Shown: positions 1 through 9,072, counted from the stretch's first letter. The stretch is 64,000 bases of DNA from Nitrospiraceae bacterium (GCA_003599425.1 QZKC01000068.1:11667-75666), one strand, 5' to 3'. The notes: a model not told the origin generated them from the sequence alone. A program made the numbers and translations.

Positions 1-1841
1 GTCATTTTTGCTTTTCCCTGGGCATTCTCTGCAAGCCATGAGCATAACTGTACAAACGGCTTCCCTTCGGGCCTAAGCTTTTCTGCTATTTTCAGCAGGA
101 AGTCCGTCCTTGATGCATCAAGCATCCATTGTCCCACTTCCCCCCAGAGTTCTGTGAACCTGATCTCTCCCTCTGCGCCAGTCTCTTTCCTGGCGCTCTG
201 TTCAGTAAGGATCTCCTCAAGTTCTTTAAAAGCTTCTTTTGGCGGCTGATTCCCATACACAAGTTCCTTGAGAAGAGCAACAGATTCCTTTATCCTTCCT
301 TCCTGCCGGTAAAGCTTTGAAAGGACCAGAAGCGCCTCGTCATAGAGTGAAGAATCAATATATTTCTTTCTCACGTCTTCAAGGGTCGCGATCGATTCCT
401 TGAGCTTCCCCTGTTTCAAATAAGCAAGGGAAACATTAAAGAGCGCATTCACTTTTACCTTTAGATTTCTTGTGAAAACGATCGACTGGAAATATTCAAC
501 TGCCTGCGCAAAGTTAGCTTCTTCCATTTCAATAAGTCCGAGACTGAGCCGTGCCTGGTCCCTGAAAGGTCCGCTTTCGATCGCCTGAAGAAGTTTCCTC
601 GCATCATTCGGCTTTCCAGTCATGCGCAGGTTTTCCGCCAGATAAAAATAAGTCTCAGGCGACCTTTCGGGATATGTACTGTCTGCTATCATCGCATTCG
701 CGTATACCTTGCGGGCCTCTTCGACCTTTTCAAGCTTCTGTAACGCGTTAGCCATATTAAAAAGGACCTCAGGGCTCCGCCCTGCTTTTTCATAATATTC
801 CACTGATTCGGCAAAAGACCCTGTCTCGGATAAACTGTTTGCCAGGCCGAGGTGGGCCTTCTGAATATATTTTGATGAAGGAAAATCTCTGATGAAGATC
901 AGATAGTTCAACTTAGCTTCATAGTAAAACCCGAGTTTCGAATATACTTCTGCTCTTCTGAAAAAAGAAACTTCCTTGATCTTTTCATCAGATGCATGCA
1001 CATATGCAAGCCTTAGCTGTTCTATGGCCCCGAGATAGTTTCCTGCAGCAAATAAGGCATCCCCGTAAAGGAGGTGATAGGGGGCAAGATAAGCCGCATC
1101 AGAGGGCCTCGAGGATGACAGTTGTGCTATTGCTCTGAAAGGGTTATTCTCTTTTTTCATCACCTCCCACGCTTTCTTTAACGTGTCCGGCAATAACACG
1201 CCGTCCTCGCTCCATTGCTGCTCAGGATTTGATGTGTTGTTGTCATCAGGATGTTTTTCATGATCTGTATTTTCTTTTTGCCGTATGGTTGAGGCTTCGG
1301 CTGACGAGGGACCCAAAAAGGAAACCGGCTCACTATATTTATTCCGCTTCTTTGTTTCATCATTCAGATTGGCATCTTTTGTCCTGACAGTCGTTTTCTC
1401 GTCGTCTCTATTTACCGTTCTGGTTTTATCCTTGTTGGAAGCACTGTTATCTTTTTTCTCTTTCGTGTTTTGAGTTTTTTTGTGTATATCGATTACAAGC
1501 CTGCTCGGCTCATCAAGAGAGAAGACTTTTATGTCGCCGGGATTTTTCAGTTTAATTATGACAGTGTCATTATTTTTCTGATACGGGAGCTTCATTTTCC
1601 CCGGTTCAATTGTGAAATCTGTTTCAGAGAATTTAACGTTTATTTCTTCGTTGCCCTGTTCTACTTTTCCTGAACCTATCAGAACTTCTGGGCCTTCCAG
1701 TACAATCCTCAGGAATTTACCATGATCAAATGCCCTTATCTTCATAAGGGACTCGCCATTATTCAATGATGATGCATTTGAAATTTCCGGAGAGTAAGTG
1801 AGCAGTAACAGGCATGATAGAATTACATACAGAACATTCAT
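1..1841 (-). CDS. Secreted protein with N-terminal AMIN-like beta domain, charged linker and TPR repeats (3' end runs off the window)
   Basis: Translated by hand from ATG at 1841 (MNVLYVILSCLLLLTYSPEISNA signal peptide; IKVFSLDEPSRLVIDI AMIN-like motif; K/D/E/N-rich linker; TPR-like helices). The frame was open wherever checked, including the window start, which explains its absence from the ORF track. Confidence 0.8.
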   Translation of the reverse strand, partial: MNVLYVILSCLLLLTYSPEISNASSLNNGESLMKIRAFDHGKFLRIVLEGPEVLIGSGKVEQGNEEINVKFSETDFTIEPGKMKLPYQKNNDTVIIKLKNPGDIKVFSLDEPSRLVIDIHKKTQNTKEKKDNSASNKDKTRTVNRDDEKTTVRTKDANLNDETKKRNKYSEPVSFLGPSSAEASTIRQKENTDHEKHPDDNNTSNPEQQWSEDGVLLPDTLKKAWEVMKKENNPFRAIAQLSSSRPSDAAYLAPYHLLYGDALFAAGNYLGAIEQLRLAYVHASDEKIKEVSFFRRAEVYSKLGFYYEAKLNYLIFIRDFPSSKYIQKAHLGLANSLSETGSFAESVEYYEKAGRSPEVLFNMANALQKLEKVEEARKVYANAMIADSTYPERSPETYFYLAENLRMTGKPNDARKLLQAIESGPFRDQARLSLGLIEMEEANFAQAVEYFQSIVFTRNLKVKVNALFNVSLAYLKQGKLKESIATLEDVRKKYIDSSLYDEALLVLSKLYRQEGRIKESVALLKELVYGNQPPKEAFKELEEILTEQSARKETGAEGEIRFTELWGEVGQWMLDASRTDFLLKIAEKLRPEGKPFVQLCSWLAENAQGKAKM

Positions 1842-1854
1842 GACGGGATATTCC

Positions 1855-1870
1855 GCAATAAATATGCCAA
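1855..1870 (-). promoter_or_regulatory. sigma54 (-24/-12) promoter
   Basis: Minus strand TTGGCATATTTATTGC matches TGGCA-N6-TTGC. Confidence 0.8.
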
Positions 1871-1912
1871 TCTTAACTATTGATATTTAAAAGAAATTAG
1901 ATTTGGCAAGAA

Positions 1913-1926
1913 GTCATAAAAATGAC
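1913..1926. promoter_or_regulatory. GTCA-N6-TGAC palindrome, FleQ/FlrA-like enhancer box
   Basis: GTCATAAAAATGAC, 44 bp upstream of the sigma54 motif; the same motif and spacing occur upstream of fliL. Confidence 0.55.
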
Positions 1927-2055
1927 ACCACTGGAAAATATGCCTGAAATGAAAAACAGTCTTGTCAAATCAGGTCGGGCAATGGCAAAACGGGGTTGTC
2001 ACAGAACATAAATTGTGATAAAAGATAGACAGACAATAAACAGGAGGTACACATT

Positions 2056-2676
2056 ATGTCAAATGCTTGTGTATGTTTGGGATGCAATGTTGGCGCAACA
2101 GTTCCTGATTTTAAACTGGAGACTTACGAACCGTCAAAAGGAGATTTCGGAGAAGTGAGCCTCGAAACACTCAGAAAAAACAAAAAATGGACAATACTGT
2201 TCTTTTACCCGGCTGATTTTACCTTTGTCTGAGCTACCGAATTCGCTGCTCTGGCAGAGCAGTATGACAGATTCAAAAAAACGGGTGCCGAAGTCATTAC
2301 AGTAAGCACGGACACTAAGTTCGTTCATCTTGCCTGGCAGAGGGAGGAAAAACAGCTTGAAAAAGTAAAATTCCCTATGGGGTCTGACACAACAGGAAAT
2401 CTTTCACGGACATTCGGGGTGTATGATGAAGCGACAGGACTTGCATTAAGAGGCACTTTTATTATTAGTCCCGAGGGCAAACTGATGAACTCGGAAGTCA
2501 ATTATTATAATCTCGGCAGGAATATTGATGAGCTTATGAGAAAGTTCAAGGCCAACCTCCATCTCGCGAAATATAGTGCCGAGGGATGCCCCGCCAAATG
2601 GAAAGAAGAAGGAGACAAGACTTTGAAACCTTCTGCAAAACTGGTGGGCCGGGTGCATGAGGCTTTGAGCAAATAA
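2056..2676 (+). CDS. prxU: Selenocysteine-containing peroxiredoxin (AhpC/Prx1 type, PrxU), 206 aa
   Basis: AGGAGG RBS then ATG at 2056; FFYPADFTFV-[TGA 2230-2232]-ATEF places TGA at the peroxidatic Cys position; the frame continues into the 2377-2676 ORF with C-terminal GCPAKW. Confidence 0.93.
2245..2263 (+). promoter_or_regulatory. Bacterial SECIS-like hairpin
   Basis: GCTGCTCT-GGC-AGAGCAGT stem-loop starting 12 nt after the in-frame TGA, with G in the apical loop. Confidence 0.75.
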
Positions 2677-2736
2677 GTCCGGTACTCACCATAGAAAAGG
2701 CTATTGGAGAAGATTGTATTTAAAATTATTTTGCTT

Positions 2737-3636
2737 TTATAAAACAGGGTAATGATTATCTGACGGCCATATGAGGTTGACCGCATCCTTCACTACATCA
2801 ACCTTCACTGGTAACGTCCCCAAATAATCACCGTCGACCTGGACATGTACTGTGCCGCTGGAAGAGACATCAAGCGCTGTGGTCTTAAAATATACTACGT
2901 CGGAAAAATGCAGGTGTCTTTCTCTGATCACACCCAGAATAAAACGCAGAAGGTCCTTCCTGGTCCTGCCACTATAGACGCAAACATCAAGCAAAGGTTC
3001 TGTGATAGATGCATCAGGAGTAACTGAAAAATATCCTCCGTAGTTGCTGTTGTTGCCGATGACAACGGTATAACCTGAGAATTCTTTTTCAGAGGATTTG
3101 ATCCTGATGAGAGGAGGATCATACGAACTGAGCACTCTGAGGCCTGCTGTGACGTGCGCAGCCTTGCCTGATATCTTTTTGACCAAATTATTTTTCACCC
3201 TCAGTACTGTTTCTGCATCAAAGCCTATCCCCGCCATTGACGCAAAGCACCAGCCGTTGATTCGTCCGAGAGATATTTTCCGCGGTGTGCCTGTCAGTGC
3301 AAGCTCAACGGCTTTATCGACTCTTTCAGGTATCCTTAGTTCTTTTGCGAGGACATTCGTTGTGCCGAGTGGTATAAACGCAAGAGGGACATCGTGCCTG
3401 CTTCCCCCTGATGAAGAGTGTAATCCGTTTATTACTTCATTGAATGTGCCGTCGCCACCCGCAACGATGATGAGGTCACTGCCGGAAAGGTCTTTTGCAA
3501 ACTGGAACGCGTCTCCTTTTTTCTGAGTGATGAACGTCGTGAGGGAAGCTTTTTTCCTGATCAGCGTCTCGATGTGGTATATCGACCTGTACGCCTTATT
3601 CCCGGCTGCCGGATTTACGATGAGACTTGCGTTCAA
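2737..3636 (-). CDS. Diacylglycerol/lipid kinase family protein (YegS/DgkB-like)
   Basis: IVNPAAG, AGGDGTFNEVING, PLGTTNVLA and QVDGD motifs. Confidence 0.9.
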   Translation of the reverse strand: MNASLIVNPAAGNKAYRSIYHIETLIRKKASLTTFITQKKGDAFQFAKDLSGSDLIIVAGGDGTFNEVINGLHSSSGGSRHDVPLAFIPLGTTNVLAKELRIPERVDKAVELALTGTPRKISLGRINGWCFASMAGIGFDAETVLRVKNNLVKKISGKAAHVTAGLRVLSSYDPPLIRIKSSEKEFSGYTVVIGNNSNYGGYFSVTPDASITEPLLDVCVYSGRTRKDLLRFILGVIRERHLHFSDVVYFKTTALDVSSSGTVHVQVDGDYLGTLPVKVDVVKDAVNLIWPSDNHYPVL

Positions 3637-4414
3637 GGATTTCCTTCAATGTCAGTATCCCTTCGCAGGGTTTGATTTTGTCTATAAGCACCGGTGTCAT
3701 CTGGAGATATTTGATGAGTTCTTTCACCTCACCGCCTGTTATGAAAAAGGTCCTCCCTCCATATGGTTCGCCCCTTCTCTTGATATGTGGAAGCCTTATA
3801 TATCCATATGCACGTGAAGCGATATATCCGGTAGTATAGTTCGGATCATCCGAGATGCATATCTCACCAAGGACCATGGGATATTTATGGACTTTGCTTG
3901 CAAGTATGAGGGCTTCCTTTACGGTACTGTTTCTGAGCCCGGCCTTTGCAAGCTGTTTTGAAAGTATCGCGTCAGCGTTAGGCGTTATTCCCATGCGTGT
4001 GACCCGGACGCCGCGGAGAAGGTCCGGTTCAAGTCTCACCCCTTCGATATCCATCAGCATGGCGCCCCTCATGGTAATGCCCATGGTCAGGGAATGGAGC
4101 GCCTCCTCGATCGCTCTTTCAGTTATCCCGATTGATGAAAGGATCTTAAACGCAGCTTTCCTGACCGCCTCAGGTTTTTTCGTGTTCAGGGTGCACAAAG
4201 GCAGGGATGAAATCTTTCGGGGTGTTTCCTTCAGCTCTTCGATAGTTAAACGTATCTCATCTGCCCTGCCCTTTTCATGCATCAGGGCGCGCTCAGTATA
4301 TTCTTTAACGACCTCAACAATGCCGTCCTTATCGTATATGCCTTCAGCTCCGGATATGTGAGCATCCTTCCTGGATGAGCGCATCCTGACACTGTAATGC
4401 AAACGTTTCGACAT
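3596..4414 (-). CDS. bioW: 6-carboxyhexanoate--CoA ligase (pimeloyl-CoA synthetase)
   Basis: YSVRMRSS..HISGAE, KEALILASKV, EICISDDPNYTTGY motifs; adjacent to bioB. Confidence 0.9.
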   Translation of the reverse strand: MSKRLHYSVRMRSSRKDAHISGAEGIYDKDGIVEVVKEYTERALMHEKGRADEIRLTIEELKETPRKISSLPLCTLNTKKPEAVRKAAFKILSSIGITERAIEEALHSLTMGITMRGAMLMDIEGVRLEPDLLRGVRVTRMGITPNADAILSKQLAKAGLRNSTVKEALILASKVHKYPMVLGEICISDDPNYTTGYIASRAYGYIRLPHIKRRGEPYGGRTFFITGGEVKELIKYLQMTPVLIDKIKPCEGILTLKEILERKSHRKSGSRE

Positions 4415-5352
4415 CAGTATTCCATCTCCATGTCTCTTATCATTTGCAGGTCATCCTGTGGATTTCTTCCCTGTGTAGTCAGATAATTTCCGACAAGCAA
4501 TCCATCAGCTCCCGCAAAGAACACATAAGAATTAAGCTCTCTGAGTGTAGAAGGCCTCCCGCCACAAACTCTGATCTCACGGTCCGGAAGAATAAGCCTG
4601 TATAGTGCAATTATTTTCAGCGCTTCAAGAGGTCTCAGCGCTTCCCTGTTTGCCATAGGCGTCCCGGCTACAGGTGTGAAAAAATTGATCGGCACAGAGT
4701 CAACCCCGATATCCTTTAATGCAAAGGCCATGTCAATACGGTCCTCCCACGATTCACCAAGGCCGAATATCCCGCCGCTGCAGATGGAAAGCCCGAGAGA
4801 TTGCGCTGATTCGATAGTCCTTATTTTATCTCTGTAAGTATGCGTTGTACATATTTCACTGAAAAAAGCCTCTGAAGTCTCAAGATTATGGTGGTATCTG
4901 TGCAGCCCTGCATCCTTTAAACTCCTGAGATCGTCTCTTTCAAGCAGTCCAAGAGTGGCACATGGATACAGTCCAATATTTTCTATTTCTGTAATATAGT
5001 TACAGATTTTACTTAAATCATCACTTGAAGTTTTCTTCCCGCTTGTTACCGTGCAAAAACGGCGAACACCCAATTCTTTGGCAGATAATGCCGCCTCCAG
5101 GATTTTATCTTTTTCCATAAGGAGGTAGACACTTGCACTGGTTTTATTTCGTGCAGATTGGGCGCAGAAAGAACAATCTTCAGGGCAAGCGCCGGACTTC
5201 GCATTGATGATTGAACAAAGATCTATGTTATTACTCCGGAATTTTTCTCTTACCCTGTTTGCTGATGCAAAAAGATCAAAAGCTCCGGCGCCTGTTATCT
5301 GTGATAATTCGTAAGCAGTCTGTTTATCAATGCCACGTGTTATTTCATGCAT
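4414..5352 (-). CDS. bioB: Biotin synthase (radical SAM)
   Basis: NAKSGACPEDCSFCAQS and YHHNLETS motifs. Start taken at ATG 5352 behind a GGAG RBS; the ORF track starts at 5373. Confidence 0.95.
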   Translation of the reverse strand: MHEITRGIDKQTAYELSQITGAGAFDLFASANRVREKFRSNNIDLCSIINAKSGACPEDCSFCAQSARNKTSASVYLLMEKDKILEAALSAKELGVRRFCTVTSGKKTSSDDLSKICNYITEIENIGLYPCATLGLLERDDLRSLKDAGLHRYHHNLETSEAFFSEICTTHTYRDKIRTIESAQSLGLSICSGGIFGLGESWEDRIDMAFALKDIGVDSVPINFFTPVAGTPMANREALRPLEALKIIALYRLILPDREIRVCGGRPSTLRELNSYVFFAGADGLLVGNYLTTQGRNPQDDLQMIRDMEMEY

Positions 5353-5444
5353 AATATCTCCGGTAAAAAACATGTGTTATTATCTACTCAATAAGTTTTG
5401 TTGTCAATAATTACCCCAAAATGATCTGAATCGCTATAGACACT

Positions 5445-5576
5445 ATGCTTGAATGTCTTCTGAACAATGATATTAAGAACTGCAAGGCTTGCAAAGAGGT
5501 TGACACGTGCATATTTTTAACAAAAGCAGTCATTGTGTATAACAACAATCTCAAAGGCAAAGAAACTGAAAGTTAA
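5445..5576 (+). CDS. Putative 43-aa Cys-rich small protein
   Basis: Manual translation MLECLLNNDIKNCKACKEVDTCIFLTKAVIVYNNNLKGKETES; C-x8-CxxC-x5-C; fills the intergenic gap; below the ORF-track cutoff. Confidence 0.5.
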   Translation: MLECLLNNDIKNCKACKEVDTCIFLTKAVIVYNNNLKGKETES

Positions 5577-5612
5577 TCTCTTATCCTGGCATCGCTGTTT
5601 GTCTTCTCTGCC

Positions 5613-5660
5613 TATCTGCGATAATCTGCGATCACCTGCCTGCCGGCAGGCAGGTCTGCG
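5613..5660. repeat. REP-like element: perfect 22-bp palindrome inside TCTGCG repeats
   Basis: ACCTGCCTGCCGGCAGGCAGGT (5634-5655) flanked by atctgcg-ata-atctgcg and tctgcg. Confidence 0.7.
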
Positions 5661-5680
5661 TCCAAATTTCTTCCTTAAAT

Positions 5681-5974
5681 TTAGTCATATCCATGCACAA
5701 CATCAAACCCGTTGAATTCCCCTTTGTATTCGCCCCACTCTTCCGTGACATTCTTGACGCGCGCCCCTCTCGGTCCGTAATTGCACCATTGAACAGCCTG
5801 TTTCACTTTGTTCAATGGCCCTTCAAAGACAGCCTCGACATCGCCATTCGGTAAATTTCTTACCCACCCCTTCAGTTCGAGGCTTAAGGCTTTATCACGA
5901 GTGCTCGCTCGGAAAAAAACACCCTGAACAAGACCCGAAATAATTACATGTGCTCTGCACATTTCCATGATCAA
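5681..5974 (-). CDS. acyP: Acylphosphatase
   Basis: GLVQGVFFR, GWVRNLPNGDVE and GPRGARV motifs. Confidence 0.93.
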   Translation of the reverse strand: MIMEMCRAHVIISGLVQGVFFRASTRDKALSLELKGWVRNLPNGDVEAVFEGPLNKVKQAVQWCNYGPRGARVKNVTEEWGEYKGEFNGFDVVHGYD

Positions 5975-6025
5975 TTGAATTATATCCTATCTCTATGCCG
6001 GTTTGTAGAAAAATCCAGACTCCCC

Positions 6026-6054
6026 TTGCAAGCATTCCTGTTTACTGATAAAAT
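6026..6054 (+). promoter_or_regulatory. sigma70-type promoter for fprA
   Basis: TTGCAA-17 bp-TAAAAT with TG extended -10. Confidence 0.55.
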
Positions 6055-6084
6055 TTACAAACAATTATCATTCAGGAGGAACAT

Positions 6085-7302
6085 GTGAAGACAACAGAGA
6101 TTAAACCGGGTATATTCTGGGTAGGCGCGATAGACTGGGCAGTAAGAGATTTCCATGGTTATATAACTCCAAAAGGAACGACATATAACAACTATCTTAT
6201 AATGGATGATCAGGTCACTCTTGTTGATACTGTAAAGCATGATTTTTCTCATATGACGGTAGAAAACATCTCGAGCCTCGTTGATCCTTCGAAGATCATC
6301 AATCTTGTGATAAACCATATTGAACCGGACCATGCAAGCAGCATTGACAAGATAATGTCTCTTGCTCCTGAAGCTACCATTTATATCACAGATAAGGGTA
6401 AAAAGGGACTCGACAGACATTTCGACACCTCTAAATGGAAGTTCAACATCGTAAAATCAGGCCACACTTTGAAAACCGGAAAATACACGCTCACATTTCT
6501 CGAAACGCCGATGCTTCACTGGCCTGACTCGATGATGACGTATGTAAACGAAGCAAAACTCCTCATTTCCCAGGATGCCTTTGGGCAGCATATTGCAACA
6601 TCTGCACGGTTCGACGAAGAGTTTATTGAGTGTGCATCTCATTCAGAGCTCGAAGATTCTGTAGTTGACTATTACGCAAATATACTCATGCCTTTTGGGG
6701 AGCTGATAAAAAATAAAATAGCTGAAGTGCAGAAACTCGGACTGAAAATAGACATGATCGCCCCAGACCACGGAGTGATCTGGAAAAAAGAAGCCGGGAA
6801 CATCATTCAGAAATATCTCGACCTTGCAAATGGCAAGTCGTCACTGAGCATTGCAATAATCTATGACACCATGTGGCACAGCACAGAGCTGATGACCATT
6901 CCCATCATGCAGGGGATCAAGGATGAAGGTATCGACTGCAAAGTAATCAAGCTGCGTGCAACGCCTATGAGCGTAGCCATAAAGGAATTCTGGAAATCAA
7001 GAGGCTGCCTGATCGGCAGTCCCACCCTGAACAATATACTCTTTCCCTCTGTTGCTGAATATCTGACCCATCTAAAAGGTCTTCGACCGAAGAACAGGAT
7101 GATAGGAGCATTCGGAAGCTATGGATGGGGAGGAGGCGCTGTTAGAGAAGCATATGAGGAATTCAAGAAGATGAAACTCGAGATATATGAGCCCGGGTTA
7201 CAGGTGCTTTACAAGCCTTCCCAGAAAGATAACGAAATGTGTTATGATTTTGGCAGGAATTTTGCCAAAAAGATTAAGGAATACCACACCAACTTCAATT
7301 AA
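6085..7302 (+). CDS. fprA: Flavodiiron protein (FprA/ROO, O2/NO reductase)
   Basis: NHIEPDH, MLHWPDSM, SQDAFGQH and APDHG metallo-beta-lactamase motifs plus a flavodoxin domain (GSPTLN, FGSYGWGG); GTG start with AGGAGG. Confidence 0.95.
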   Translation: MKTTEIKPGIFWVGAIDWAVRDFHGYITPKGTTYNNYLIMDDQVTLVDTVKHDFSHMTVENISSLVDPSKIINLVINHIEPDHASSIDKIMSLAPEATIYITDKGKKGLDRHFDTSKWKFNIVKSGHTLKTGKYTLTFLETPMLHWPDSMMTYVNEAKLLISQDAFGQHIATSARFDEEFIECASHSELEDSVVDYYANILMPFGELIKNKIAEVQKLGLKIDMIAPDHGVIWKKEAGNIIQKYLDLANGKSSLSIAIIYDTMWHSTELMTIPIMQGIKDEGIDCKVIKLRATPMSVAIKEFWKSRGCLIGSPTLNNILFPSVAEYLTHLKGLRPKNRMIGAFGSYGWGGGAVREAYEEFKKMKLEIYEPGLQVLYKPSQKDNEMCYDFGRNFAKKIKEYHTNFN

Positions 7303-7450
7303 ATTGAGAACATGCTGACTCCAGTAGTTATAGGGGAATTCCCGATTTTTAAATTCTAAAACATCCTTTATTATAGTCCTAACGTAATCTTGTTAAATCA
7401 ATTTTTCTGACAGCATAACTTGGTAAATAACTTATATATTACTTAAGTCT

Positions 7451-7657
7451 ATGAAAGAAATTGAAAAAAAGGTTCACGAAGTCCTGCACAACGTAAACTG
7501 GCTCCTTGAAGCGCACAATAGCTTTGCCGAATTAATTTCAATAAGAGGGAAAAAGGTAATTATTAAGTGTGTAGGTCACTGCGCCGATTGTGAATCTGAC
7601 TGTGTACGGGTCGCCTTCCGGGAACGAATGCCCGATATATATCTCGTCCTCCAGTAA
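7451..7657 (+). CDS. Small NifU/NfuA-like domain protein
   Basis: Length and pattern (LEAH..ELISI..V..K..GHCADC) resemble a NifU C-terminal domain; has an extra Cys. Confidence 0.55.
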   Translation: MKEIEKKVHEVLHNVNWLLEAHNSFAELISIRGKKVIIKCVGHCADCESDCVRVAFRERMPDIYLVLQ

Positions 7658-7669
7658 TATCATTCCGTT

Positions 7670-8323
7670 GTGTCTGTAAAAAGAAATGAGATCATAACGC
7701 TGCTTGAAAAAAAAGCATTTGATGAGTTGATCAAGCTTTCCGTAGCTGATAAAAAAACAATCAGCACGCTTATATCCCTTTCATATGATAAAGACGACCG
7801 TTTGTCCTGGCGGGCCATAGAAGTCATAGGTCTCGCCTCAAAGGAAATTTCCAAACATCATCCTGAGGCCGTGAGAAATATCGCGGGAAGGCTTCTTTGG
7901 ATGATGAGGGATGAATCCGGCGGAATAGCCTGGAGCGCTCCAGAGATACTTGGGGAGATAGTCAGGAACAATCCGGTACTATGCTCTGATTTTGCTCCTA
8001 TCATCGCTTCCTGCCACGATGAAAAAATGTTGTGTGCCGGGGTTCTCTGGGCTTTGGGAAGAATAGGATATATCAATGATGATACTCTCAATTATGCTGG
8101 ACCGATCGTGTGCTCCTATCTGCGGTCGCCAGATGAAAGGCTTCGGGGCTATGCTGCATGGGCTATTGGTGAAATGGGAGTTAATGAATCAGAGAATGAA
8201 CTGGCTGATCTGAAGCAGGACATGGGACTGATCAATTATTATGAAGATGGTGAATTACACAGGAAAACAGTGGGAGAAATTGCTTCCGCTGCTCTAATGA
8301 AAATCAGGAACAGGCAAAACTGA
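7670..8323 (+). CDS. HEAT/PBS-lyase repeat protein (DVU0298-like)
   Basis: RLLWMMRDESGGIAWSAPEILGEI and AAWAIGE repeats. Confidence 0.75.
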   Translation: MSVKRNEIITLLEKKAFDELIKLSVADKKTISTLISLSYDKDDRLSWRAIEVIGLASKEISKHHPEAVRNIAGRLLWMMRDESGGIAWSAPEILGEIVRNNPVLCSDFAPIIASCHDEKMLCAGVLWALGRIGYINDDTLNYAGPIVCSYLRSPDERLRGYAAWAIGEMGVNESENELADLKQDMGLINYYEDGELHRKTVGEIASAALMKIRNRQN

Positions 8324-8349
8324 ATTCAGGAGTACGACGCACAATTAAT

Positions 8350-9012
8350 TTATAACGAGTTCAGTGCATAGAGCTTGTCCCCGCAGTGACCATCAGCCAG
8401 CAACATTTCATATGTTGAACATTCTCCCAATTGGCAGGCAAGTGCAAGATCCCTGCAGGATTTCTCGAACTCGTCGAGCATAAAATAAGCAAACCCTCTG
8501 TTGTCATAAGGTTTCGCAAGTTCCGGCTCTATTTCTATTGCAGTGCTGTAGTCAAGGATAGCACGTTCATATTCACCAATAGCAAAATATGCGAGGCCAC
8601 GGTTGTTATAAGCCTTTGCGTATCTCGGGTTGCGTGCGATTGCATGGCTGAACTCCTCAAGAGCGTGTTCATAATCATTCTTCTGAAAATGGGCATATCC
8701 AAGATTATTGTATGCCTTTGCGTATTCAGGATTGGAATATATGGCTCTCTTGTATTCAATAATAGCAATGTCATACTGTCCTTTTATAAAGTAAACATTC
8801 CCCTTATTGTTATGTGCCCTCGCATCATCAGGACTCATTCCAAGCGCTTTATCATACTCATTAATGGCAAGCTCATATTGTCCGTTATCAGCATACATGA
8901 CGCCGCGTTCCACAAGTTCAGATACTTTCTCATGGTCATTCAATGATGCACAACCAATACAAAGAAAAATATAGATAAGGACGATTAGATTCCTCACAAA
9001 ACAATACTCCAT
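8350..9012 (-). CDS. TPR-repeat lipoprotein
   Basis: Lipobox CIGC; repeated AYNNxG/AKAYNNRG TPR units. Confidence 0.85.
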   Translation of the reverse strand: MEYCFVRNLIVLIYIFLCIGCASLNDHEKVSELVERGVMYADNGQYELAINEYDKALGMSPDDARAHNNKGNVYFIKGQYDIAIIEYKRAIYSNPEYAKAYNNLGYAHFQKNDYEHALEEFSHAIARNPRYAKAYNNRGLAYFAIGEYERAILDYSTAIEIEPELAKPYDNRGFAYFMLDEFEKSCRDLALACQLGECSTYEMLLADGHCGDKLYALNSL

Positions 9013-9057
9013 TCCTGTCTGTGAATTAAGATTATTATTAGAACTACCACAGAAATT

Positions 9058-9072
9058 GCAATTAATATACCA
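9058..9072 (-). promoter_or_regulatory. sigma54 promoter with nearby IHF-like site
   Basis: TGGTATATTAATTGC on the minus strand; AATCAGACAGTTA (WATCAR-N4-TTR) at 9090-9102. Confidence 0.6.

Noticed and set aside
2377..2676. 99-aa ORF-track protein as a standalone gene, or the peroxiredoxin as a pseudogene
   Set aside because: It is the C-terminal half of the Sec-containing peroxiredoxin; TGA position and hairpin favour recoding.
5353..5444. BirA operator upstream of bioB
   Set aside because: Only a TTGTCAA half-site is present, which is better explained as a minus-strand -35 box.
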